From Phallusia mammillata (Eukaryota), in assembly GCA_965637545.1 (NCBI GenBank), contig OZ281495.1:20646001-20710000 (forward strand): a DNA stretch of 64,000 nucleotides, written 5' to 3'. Of this stretch, positions 22,764 to 34,700 are shown one piece after another; position 1 is the stretch's first letter, and the number at the start of each line of letters is the position of its first letter. The position numbers and the translations under genes were made by a program. Under the pieces are notes generated by a model. That model did not search any database. It saw nothing but the letters and a program-made list of their open reading frames with translations, and had not been told where the DNA came from.

Positions 22764-23468
22764 TTTAGTTCTCCTTTTCATTGTCAGTAGCTTAAAAATG
22801 GAATGTTTATTTGAAGTTTTTGTACATGCAATCAGCTTTTTAATCCTTTTACCTCTTTTCTATTCGTCCGTTTTGTTGCTGCGCAGTTAAATAATTTCTT
22901 ACAGAATTTTATTTTTTGTTGATGCTACCTATATACATACGACATGCGTATTTTCAATAAACATCTATTTTAGAAACTGCTCTTTTAAACATTATTTCTT
23001 CATATTCTGTAAACATTATTGGTTTTTGGAATACCCAAAATCAAATTTTTAGATAAGCTCTACAAGTCTTGCAAAAGGTTTTAATGGTTGGAAAACAAGT
23101 AGCGTTTATCTGAAGCAGAATAAACATCAAACAGCCATTTTAAGTAAATAAAATGTATTGAAAGTCAGCTGCCAACTGATCAGTAAAGTAGGCAAACTGA
23201 GGAAACATTAACAGGCCGATAAAGCGAAAACTCAAGAATATCACAGTATATGACGTCATCGTCACAGAGCTAGTTTAACTGGCTGAATTCAGTTTAGCTC
23301 ACAATTAAATGAACAAAATATGTACAAAATAAAACAATAAACAAAAACACGCAGTTTAAATTGATACGATATACAGCAAGCAACACTTGTACAGATGCAT
23401 AGCGCAAGCTTCGTAAAGATTAAAAAAATGCGAAAGTAAAAAATAAATAAAAAAATAAAAAAACGAAA

Positions 23469-26400
23469 TTAGAAAAACTTGTAGCCTTCATCATCACAAG
23501 CCCCTCCAGTCGCAACATCAATGAAATCGCGATAATACGCGAGTTTCGTGTAAATTCCGGGTCTGATGTCAGTTTTCACGGTAGAACAGGTACGTGTGCC
23601 TGCGATGGCGATTCCGATTAAATTCCATCTTGAATCTTCATCCTGTTTTACCAGTGGACCACCAGAGTCACCCTGGACGCACAAAACAAATGGTTTGAAA
23701 GGGTATTCTTATTACAAGACAACAATTTTGAATTTCATTTAAAAAAATGAACTAATATCTTCTACCACGCGTACAAATGGCAAAAATATGTCACAAAACA
23801 ATCTGATTGTAGGATTACCAAAAAGAGTCTGTAGGATTACCAAAAACGCAACAATTAGTTACAATTGTAGTGATACAATTGTAGCAACAAAAAGCAACGC
23901 ACGCTTCAAATGAGTATTTTATGATTTGTAAAACTGAGGCTTATATATAAGATAAAGGCTTAGATTCGGACACAAAACTATAGGAAATACAGTTACAGGT
24001 AAACTTACCGCGCAGGCATCTTCCAAATAGGCGCCTTCAGTGCATATCCATGCCTCGTGGAAATGGCTTGGCCAGGAGGACTTACATTTGTTGTTACCGA
24101 TCAGAGGCAAAGTGAGTTCCTTCAGTTTTGATCTGTTTTGGTTTCCGACCTCTGCAAAGACATGACCATTAAATTTTAACTTGATATTCGAAAGATATTG
24201 TTATTTTACACAACAACAACATACGAAGTGTTTCTCCCCATCCAGTAACCCAAACTCGTTCTCCGGAGACCATCATATCTTCTTTCCCTGGAAGGCACGC
24301 AGGCTGCACGTAATTGGAGTATTGGATTGGCTCCTAAACACAAGAAGTATTCAAAGTTGAGTAATCCACCTTTTACCACTAACATATTGTGATTTGAATA
24401 ATAAATCAGGTGTGTTCAACCGAACAATGTCGTTCAACGAGGAAATGCAAATTTAAGTTGTGATATATATACCCTGAGTTTGGCAACTGCAATGTCGTGT
24501 TTGAGAGAACGGAAGTCATATTCAGGATGTGCTTCGAATGACTCAATTTCAAAGACTTGCATCGTGGGTTCTGGCGAATCTCTGTAGTATTTTCCAGCGT
24601 GAATGGCATACACCGATGGGTACTTTCTGCAACAGAAAATAGTTTGTGTTCATCGACCAATCACACACCAATGTGGCGTTAACCCTTAGTGGTCCAGCAA
24701 TTTTACCATGTTCTCCAAGCCAGGTGATTATTGTTGTTTTTTTCATTTTTTATACATCAGGGGGACATACAAAACAACATTCTGTATTTCACAAGATTTG
24801 TGAAGCTTTGGCCCTGACAAAGACTGGTTTTCTAGGTACCTATGCACACACAAGCTAACACACTGTCGTAATCTTTGTTACATCGACTGCGGTTATTGTG
24901 GCAATTGAAGTGAAAAATAAACATACGCACTGCAAACCACAAACACTCACTGAAGTTTCGAGTGCCACTATATCGCAATCTCACGCAATGTCTGGCAGCT
25001 TTAATAGCTCGGGTAACTTTTCAACGGAAAACTGTATAGGTTTGACAGCATTTTAATCAATAATATATGACTTACTCTTTCTGTCCGACCAATTTCACTC
25101 CTCGTCTTTTATAAGCCATGAAACAATGACCAGCAGTGACGATCCAACGTCTGGAAATGATTGTAGCACCGCAAATGTGGATATATCTGTCGTCATCGAA
25201 AAATGTGCGGCGGAAAGATGCCATCCAAGGCCAATACTCGATTCCGCCTGTCCATTGGCCACCTGCAAAATTCAATCGTTAATTTTAAGACACATTTTCC
25301 ATAACTTTATTATTGACTCGAACTACTCACCTACGATGCGATGCGTGATTTGTCCATCTGTGGCTCGATGACCGCAATTTTCTGCGAAATTAAGGTACTA
25401 ACTATGATTTCTGTTTTGATTTAATCAAATTTGAAAAATGCGGGTTATTTTTAGGAAAGGTTAATTTAAACATTTTTTATGTGTGAAATTGTTGTTCTTT
25501 ACCAATTAATTCACTCATTTTTGTTTGGTGTTTGCACAAACCAAAGATGAATCTTACGTGGATAACAGGTTCTGCGAGGAACTGGACGCTTCTCTGTTTC
25601 GTATATAACAGGTATGGATATACTGTCAGGAACAACTACGTTTGGTCGCGTGGTTGAAGGCGTAACTGTTGCTTTGGTGCCCGTTGGTTTGGGTTTGTTT
25701 TTAGAACCGGTCGTACCACCAGAAAGCAGATTGCTGATGAGACTTGAAGTTGGCGAGTTACCTAACAATTGAGAAAGAAGACTTGACATTCCGCCTGCAG
25801 CCGGAGCTGTGCTAGTGGGTTTAAGTCGATTCAAAAGAAGATTTGTCAGAGAGGAGCTGGATCCTCCTGAAGTGGAAGGATTTAAAAGACTGAAAATTTG
25901 CGACATCGAGTCGGATCCCCCATTAGACGGCGGAGGCTGCGTTATTATAGGTGCTGCGGTGACGACAGTGTTTGGTGGATTCAGTAGAGAAAAAATGTTT
26001 AAGGTGTTTCCAGTCTTTGTATTGGTGCTACTGGCTGTAGATGGTTTGTTGATCAAAGAAAGCGCATTAAGAAGATTAGAAGAGCCTCCCGTGGGGTTTT
26101 GACCGCTCATTCCAGAGAGAAGGGAGCTAAAAATATTGTTTGAACTCGTCGAGGATGACTGTTTGTTTTGGCCAAGAATGGAAAAAATATTTGCCAGGTT
26201 GGACGTCGATGAAGTTGTTGTGGTTTTCGGTCGATTTAACATCGACAGCATGTTCATTGAGTTTAACGAGTTGGGTTGATTCGGCTGAAGTAGATTGGAT
26301 GAAGCTGCAGGGTTAACGGTTGTTGAGATCGGTACTGGTTTCCGCAACGATGCAAGAAGACTCATGATGTCCGGGTTTGAAGCTCCACCCATTTGGTTTT

Positions 26401-28521
26401 GAAATATGTTGGCTGTTTGTCGATTATTGTTTTGTCCAAATAGTGGTTGCCCTCCACTCTGTAATCCAGTCAAGCTCTGACCAAACTGTGGTGTGGCGAA
26501 CCCAGGTACATTTGATAAACCGTTGAGCAAAGAACCCCCTCCGATATTTCCAGTGGCTGTACTAACTCTTGGCGGACTTCCTGGCTGGTATTGCGGACGA
26601 ATTCCTTCCCATATCTTTTTTGGTACAACAGATACTGCAGTACTGGTAGTGGGCGTTTCTGCATAAAAACATACAAAATAAAATAAACTTGCACGCAACC
26701 ATTCAAATGCTTCAAATACGCCGTTATGCTTCTGTTTCAAAGCAAGATAATGCTTACAAAGAACATAGCCCCTTTTGTGCCACCTAGCGGTAAATTAACA
26801 TTTTTCCGGTTTAAAATTTACCTGTTTTAGCAGTAGTAGGGATAGTTGTAGTTGTGACTATTGTTGCGATTTTGAAGCAATGTGGGACGCGTTTTCCTCC
26901 AATCGTCTTTACCACCGGATCGTAACAACAGTTAAGCTGCAATAAATAGTATTTAGCGTTATGAGTTCTCTTTTTTAAGATCACGTCAAACACTTACATT
27001 TGTACAAGCTTCGCACTCGCTTTCGCCCGCCTTTCTAGCGTGGCCTCGCGCAATGCAAGACACGCGATTGTTCAAGTTACTCTGACATTTTGATGCGCCT
27101 ACAAAGTACAAAGCGGTGTCAATGGTAATTGCTACGTTAGATTGTTATAAAAGGAAAATATCTTACCTCGAATTTTTTTGAAAAGTCTGTAAGTATTTTG
27201 ACACATCAGCTCGTTTCTGATCTCTCGTGTCAACCTAAAGAGCAATGTATTTTTTACATTTATTTCATCAAATCATATCTGATTCTAAAACATATGTTAG
27301 CTGGGTAAAAACATAATTCATTTATTGCAAGTCATACTTACAAAGGCAGTTCAGATGATGGCGAGTTGTTGGGCGAGGATTCTACAACATCAAAGAAGGA
27401 ATAAGGCTACTGGATACATTCAATAAAAAAATCCACTAATCATTTTTTTACAATTACTAAAACAAAATTTTACAATTACTAAAACACAATTGGACACCGT
27501 GTAGATCAGGGGTCGGCAACCCCTGGCACGCGTGCCATGGTTGGCACCCGAGGTAGTTTTTCATGGCACCCCAACCGATTTGCGTGTTCATATTAAAGTT
27601 ACAATTTAAGCTGTTACACTGCTTGTTTATAGTTTTTATCGTGTCATTGTTATAAAATTGACTGTTACATGTACAAAACACTCTGATTTCCCTTTATTAT
27701 TGATATCTGCTGGCACGAACCACTAATATTTACAAAAACTTTGGGACGTGAGGTCATTAGCACATGAAAATAACAAGTAAATTGGCACGTGTCGCCTAAA
27801 AGGTTGCCGACCCCTGGTGTAGATACACAAGACATTGCCTAAAATTTTGTTTAAACCAATATATTGCTTACTTTTTGCGGTGATGTCAGTCGAAGCGTTC
27901 ATCAAAGCTTTGATCCAATCAGGAATCGGCTTCTCTGTTGTGGGAGCAATCGTGGTTGTAGTCTTAGGTAATGTCGTTGTGGTTTCTACAAAGTTTTCCA
28001 TGTAACACCATGGTACACCTGCAGTGTTTGTAGGTTTATAGCAGCAAGCCCTTTCTATGCATTCCGGGCCCGTAATTCCAGGAAATCCGCAATCTTTTCT
28101 GTAATAAGAAATGTTAAAATAACAAGGATAATCCGTAATCACAGAATGTTTTGTCTGTAAAAACACGATATAAAAGCTGTGTAAACCGTTGTATTGTGAG
28201 AACATCTGCGTTTGTAACAATTAACATCATAAAAACAGAGATCAGAATCGGTTCTATTTCACTTCTTAATAAGTTCTTACATATAATTCTGTTTAGCTAG
28301 TCAGTTTTGTAACTTTTGTTTCACAAACCTCATGTCGTTTGCAATATCTGGGCATTCATATTTGGCGTTGTTGGTTTCTACCACTGCCAAAACAAAACAA
28401 AGAACGTTTAAATTTGCAACAAAAAATATAACATAATGAAATACTAACCTGTTACACTCTGTGCATGTGCAAACATCAAACAGAAGACAAATTTAGTTAC
28501 GATATTCCTTGTCAAGGACAT
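23469..28521 (-). CDS. Secreted mosaic S1A serine protease: signal peptide, trefoil, Thr-rich linker, divergent trefoil, long S/T/N/L/G low-complexity region, trypsin domain (~875 aa)
   Basis: 14 exons: 28521-28449, 28383-28329, 28098-27872, 27381-27342, 27234-27167, 27098-26998, 26936-26822, 26658-25558, 25381-25331, 25262-25076, 24626-24473, 24333-24225, 24151-24009, 23672-23469; all phases match. Trefoil 1 ECPDIANDMRKDCGFPGITGPECIERACCYKP...VPWCY. Activation site R/IVGG. Catalytic triad TAGHC, HDIAV, GDSGGP. Confidence 0.88.
27507..27816. mobile_element. 310-bp hAT-type MITE in intron 3 of the trefoil-protease gene
   Basis: TIR CAGGGGTCGGCAACC / GGTTGCCGACCCCTG. Perfect 8-bp TSD GTGTAGAT at 27499-27506 and 27817-27824. 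Confidence 0.92.
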
Positions 28522-31500
28522 CTTTTTGTTACCAACTTTTGTTACCTGTCATGTGTGAACTGAAAAACACCTTCAAAATAAAGTACAATTCCATGAAACA
28601 TATGCCTACAAAAGCGTGACTATTCTATGTACTGAGCTAACCGATTTAGTTTCGCTAGTACCTGCGTGAATTCTTAGAATGATTCAAAATTGTTGTCAAA
28701 AGCAAGCAACTGATACGATGCACAGTTATTTTATTCGCATGAACATTCCTCTGCAATCCCGCTCCCTTCTTTCCTTGATTCGTGTCAATCTGGCTGCACG
28801 GGCGGTCTTCGCCATTAGAGGTGCATGCTCACAGTTAATCGGACCAAAGGGAGGGCGACGGAACAACAACAAAGCAAAGAATTTGGTATCTAATTATGCG
28901 CAGCCGTGCAGCAGGCCAGGACTGGTTGCAGTGCATGAAAGAATTTAGAAAGTCACTAAGGGGGCGCATTGCCGTAAAAACGTCAAAGGAAATAAAATTA
29001 TTTTCCATTGTGGCGAAACAATAAGGGCGATTATTAATGACAGGCATGGCGAACGTTTTCTGGTTGTTCGAGCGGGAAGCGAGAAATTCACACGATTCGC
29101 AAATTTATGACCCTTATCAAACGACCATATCACATGAACGTATAATTACGACCCATACTTCAAAGGAAACTGCTGTAGCACGCTCAAATAACAAAATTAC
29201 TCGTGACGAAATGTTGCTTCGCGTAATTTTCATCATAATAAGCGAAACCTTCCGCAAGTTTACCTCATAGTGGTGATAATTGTAAAGAAAATCTAAGAGC
29301 ATGACAAGCTGAGTTGAGTAAAATGTCATTAGATTTTATTAAACTAACAGATGCGAATTTTTGCCAAGTTTATAACGAGGTAATTTTTTTGATCATAATT
29401 GCGAAAATTTTTGATCAACTTTAAGCCTAAGCTCTGATAATTTAATTAAAGTTTTCAATGTGGGTATTCAAACAAAGAAGCTAAATATTTGTTTGCAAAT
29501 GAGTATATTTTGTTGACAACGCATTTCTAATAATTGCAGTTCTTGTAATTTGAAATAAGTTTATTTTATTTTATTTGCAACATTTTTGCTTTTGTCTAAT
29601 GTAACTTATTGAATATTCGCAAAACCTTTAAAATATATTTGATTCCTAAAAGTAATGTTTGGTATATGCCCATAATTACGTAACACTTCACTTAACATAT
29701 CAAGGTACGTGGACAGCATCGCAATTAATGATTAGTAAAAGGGCGGAGATATATGCAGCTCATATGACCGTTAATCACTTTGGCAAGGCCACGACATAAG
29801 ACGATCATTTACTCGTAGTGTTGCGTCATTCATGGAGCGGCCGACTCACCGTCTAAATCGCAAGGCCGCTTCTAATCACTATGAGCTGTTTATGTTCACG
29901 CGTGTAGGACCTTGGTTGAACCAGCAGATCTGGTTTTACTTACATAGCAGAATGTAAACCGTTTCATGCGACTGCTGAGAAACGATCGAGCGTTGATTTC
30001 TTGTTTGTTTCATTCAACAACATGTTTTTGGTTCGCAAAAACCTTACGGAACTCTAACGTTTGCTCAAATGCCACATTTCTATTAAGTACCCAAAAGTAA
30101 AAAAAAAAGTTTATGCAACTTAGTTTGTTTCATTTTGAGCCCAGTATGTTGCTCAATAGATTAAACCCTAACCCGAATTACCAATCTAACCATTGCTGCT
30201 TCGATGTAAACTTGGCGGTCAATGGATGTTTAACCCCACTGTGACTTCACAAACCAAGAATGACAAACTTGTGTCACAGCAAAAAATACAAAAAGTAATG
30301 TTCTGTGGTTATATATAATGTATACATATAACTATCGGGCAAAGACGGGATTAGGACCCCTAGCGGCAACCCGGTCAGCATCCGCCGGAATCCCAAATTG
30401 TTGGCCGTGCCTATGAAATTAGGTCTTGCACAGGGAAACAGAAGCAACTGCAAATGGTAGGATAAGCTGGGCACTTTTGGTTTGTAATTTTTTTTAACAG
30501 AGACGACTTGTGTTGAAAAATAAATCCACGTTGTTCAAGTGCAATTAGGGTCTAAAACGGAACTGTTACCCTAAACCAAACAGCACTAATTTTTGCTGGG
30601 CAACTGACTATAGCAAGTTTACCAACAACCCTAAACTTATTGATAGCTTCTTCTCTATGTTAGCGAGTAAAAAAGTTATATTAATGCAAATCCAAAATTA
30701 TTATTATATCGAAGCTTGCACAAAATGTTTCTATTAGTTATTATCATAGCCGACTTTAGGCGAAATAGAGTAGTTATTTCCTTTCTGTGTAGATTGGTAT
30801 AGCGGTCCCGGTTGCTTTAGAAAACCATGAAATCGGAACTTTTGTATCACACAGGTTATGTCAACTACAAGTTTATACACAGTTACACGTTCAGCTTCAC
30901 GTACAGATTCCATACACCATCGTGCGACAGAGAAGGATACACTTCAAAACCAACACACAAAAAATTGCTACATTTCAAAAGCCACCGATTGACTTATACT
31001 GACCATAATAACGTTGCTACATTGTCCAAGATACAAAAAACGTCTACAATCGTTTAAAAAGATACAAAAAGTTGAACATCTGTTTGTGAAAATACACTCA
31101 TGCTAGAAACCATCGCTTTAGTATGCACCGCTCAAAATAATAAGAATCAGTAGAAAACTGTGTATCACTACGTGGTAAATTGAACCATTCCAAACAATTC
31201 TTTAAAATGAAATTTCCCATATTTGTTCACGATATCATTAGGTTGCTTAAAAAAGTGCGTGCAGACATTATGTTATAAAAACGGAAAAATACTGATTGAC
31301 TTAGGATGATGGGAAAAAAACCTGTCTCGTCACGTGATTTAGTCTTCGGGTTAAACATAACAACGATTGCAATGCGATTAGTGATTGAAGAAAACCGAGA
31401 TTGATTTTGATTATTTTCGCACAATAAAATCGTCAAGCCTAAAAAGCGTTATAAGTTAACTGTACAACCCAGGTTGGTTAACATAATTGGTGTTATCGTC

Positions 31501-31771
31501 ATAAAGAGTTGGTTTCACTGAAGTCAAGAAGCTTAGATGAACGTATGACACGCTGTTTACAAAAAGGAAGAAACACATGCACCCGGTATGAAAGAAGAAA
31601 GAATCAGGTATGAAAATAGAAAGCGACGGTTTAAAAGATTCAAGTGCCGATGATAAAACACGCCGCAGAAAAAGCACACTCATATACGTAACGTTGAGCA
31701 CTACTACGATAAAAGTCGATAGTTCGAGGGAGATTTTTATGTACAACACATCGTCCGCTAGGTGACGCCAG

Positions 31772-34700
31772 TTAGGCCATCTGCTGTTGTTCGAAGAATT
31801 TGTATGTGGGATTCTCATAGCCGTTTTGCTGCATTTGAAGCAATTGGCGTTCCTCATTTGTCAGATGGTCGTCCACCTGCACAGTTAATTAGTTTCAAAG
31901 ATTAAGAAATAAACTGCTACTTGTGTTTGAACACTTTTATGAACCTGGTATACGGTTCGATATAATACATGTTAATACCAATGCAAAAAATGTTAAATAT
32001 TGTTCTGTTAAATTTGGTTTTATGCTAGCTTGGCATGCAATAAACCGATATTTTGCCTTGTGTAAAAACATATAAAAACAAAAGCAATGCCAATACGTAA
32101 GTCTTCGCTTATACGATGGTTGTTAACGTAACATATTGTACACAAGGCAGCTTCAAATGTGAGTCTAAATATTGCTGCAAACCTACATACTGGTTTGCAG
32201 CAGCAGCCAACCACATTAAGGTCATCAAATTATGTCAAATCTCTTTGTCGTATTTACCAAATGTCTCAACAACACCGAATCAAAGCTCGCAAAATGACAC
32301 AGAGTGACACATCCGTGGGCTTACTTCGTCAATCATATCTTACGCTTCTACAGACTATAAAATCCTTCGCACATACCAAAGTATATTTTGTACATTTGTC
32401 AGAATGGTTTGTACATTTATGCCGATTCACTCGTTTACGTGCGGAATTTTAGATCAAATCACAACCATATTAGGAAGACACGCAACTAACTGCAGTGTGG
32501 AATATTGAATGCAAATGCTTAAGGTTACCAGTCGGTCGTTTGGGTGGTTGAAAGGTCCAGTGTGCGCCTTGGTCAACGATTATAACAGGGCGACCCGTGG
32601 GGGAAGCTGAATCAATAGGTTATAACATTTAAGTACGGTTGAGCGATAGACCATTTGCGCCAAGTTCGTTTCTTTCGATTTCCCACTGTGCATTGGTAGG
32701 TGGCTGTTAATTAAGAAACGCCAATTCGCACTTACTCGCGATTTTCTTATGCGAGATTCTTGGCATTTGGCGCCACACCTATACGTCAATACATAATAGT
32801 TTTACAAGCTTCTGTTACAATTTACGGCCTTTATATAACAATAGAGTAATATACAGCTTATGTAACCAAGAAGTTACAAAAACACGCTTGGCAGGCGTTT
32901 AGACACGACAAAGCACTGTGAACACACAAAAACTTGTTCCGAACTTATAAGAAATCACAATGATTCAAAGCGTAACTTTCGGAGGAATCGAGTCTCATCC
33001 GAAGAAACTTAAACATTAAATTTAAATTCAAATCAGCGATAAGCGTCTCCTAACGTCAATTACCCTCGCGTTGCGCAAGAAACATACGTCAAGCAGACAA
33101 ACACACAATCGGCAGTGCAAACACATTTCATGGACGCGGTTTCGTGATCAGTCAAGCATATCACGACGGGAAATGTGTGACCTCATCTGATGTTGTTCAC
33201 TGTAGCTGGGTGAACCTTTCAATAAGTGTTGCCGAGTACTGACGCGGTGTTACGCAATTCCAGCTACTTCTCGTTCTCAACAAGTCAACAGGGTTCGACA
33301 AACAACCCAAGACCGCCAGAAATCACACAGAGGTTGAAATAGCGAGAAATTTCGGATTTACCTTGATTTTGGTAAACTGATGACTCATCTTACGTCGCAT
33401 GACAGAGTGATGTACGACAGCCACAATACATATGAGCAGTAGAAGACCAGCACCAGCAATTCCAGCCCATTTCAACCAGGCGGTTTCACTTGTTCTGTCA
33501 GGATCGTCAAAGTAATTCTGCGCGAGAGAAAATGATACAAAAATCGTTAAACAAGAATTGGGAACTAGGTGCAATTGAACAGTACGTGAATTGTCATGGT
33601 CTTTGGAGAGACGAACCCACCCAATCATACTGTTACATGAATAATTTATTAACAAAGTTTGAACGGACAGGTGCTGAATCTTGAGAGCGCTGATAAAACG
33701 AGTTTGCAATCTTTAGTGTCGTAAAATCATTTTTTATTGATAACTTACATCACACATTAAACGTTTAAAAATATTACATTTATACACAATTCAAAAAGTT
33801 TCCAAGCACGCAACTGAAATATAGCGTGCGATTCTTTATTTAAAATCGTGACAGGTACAAGTTTAAGTTCATGTCTTTAGCTTGGAATGTTTGCATCACG
33901 AATTCGGTATATGACTAATGTGATATGACCGATATCTAAAGTGCATTTAACAAAACTTACCATGATCGCTGCGCTGTTTACGTAAACTGGTTCGCCATTC
34001 TCACTTTCTTCGTCATCATCATCAGATTCCACATCGAAATACTGTGAATATAAAAATCAAATTTAGACACCAAACTACGAACCAAATTATTTTCTAACCA
34101 AAATCGCCTTCAGCAGAACCCTAAGGGTTTCGGAAGTTAAGGGAAAGAGTGCAGAAGCAATTCTCCTGGAAGCACAGTCTAGTCGTAAACGTGTAATCGG
34201 CTATGGTGATTCGATGCCGTTCAGTATGTTACTATTTGGGGAAATTCTCACTTACGAAATTGGAAACCACAGGCGACAAGCGGAAAGTAATATTAGACAA
34301 ATCTGAGTTGGCGCGAAACCGAACAGCACATCCATGTGTTAAGTCAAAACACAAATGCTCGGGGCAAATTTAACATATTTTTGACAAATATTATTTGACC
34401 ATTCAATGAAACTACCACCTTGTATTGGCCGAACAATGTTTTTTCGTTGTAGTTAAGTAGACCAGCCGAATGGTTATGGACAAAAAAGTCACAGACTTGT
34501 TGTGTTTACAATAAACCTGCTATATCACAAAACTACATTTTCAATGCATAGTACGCGACCATTGCTGTTGTTGAGTGCTGCGCGGTTAATTGAATTTCGA
34601 GTTTGACAGTTTCCTCTCGTGTAAAGCTGAGGTCGATCAATATTCGTTGCGCAAACGAAGCAAGCTAACAACGGCGGAATTTAAAGAAACTGGAACAGAA

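Noticed and set aside
24700-24746. 'TWLGEH' segment looking like a trypsin exon inside protease intron 10
   Set aside because: There is no AG acceptor between the in-frame stop and the motif. The downstream exon 24626-24473 already supplies this region (IHAGKY) in the correct phase.
31456-31520. Possible alternative terminal exon (VKPTLYDDNTNYVNQPGLYS) for APP
   Set aside because: Its acceptor needs phase 1, while the TM exon ends in phase 0. The true last exon with YENPTY is 31876-31772, so this is probably 3' UTR.
32020-32214. Cys-rich minus-strand ORF (GCCCKPVC) in the last APP intron
   Set aside because: No recognisable domain, no convincing splice sites, and short enough to be chance.
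33362-33517. Amyloid-beta peptide homolog
   Set aside because: The juxtamembrane and TM sequence ([28 protein letters not shown]) shows no recognisable similarity to amyloid-beta.
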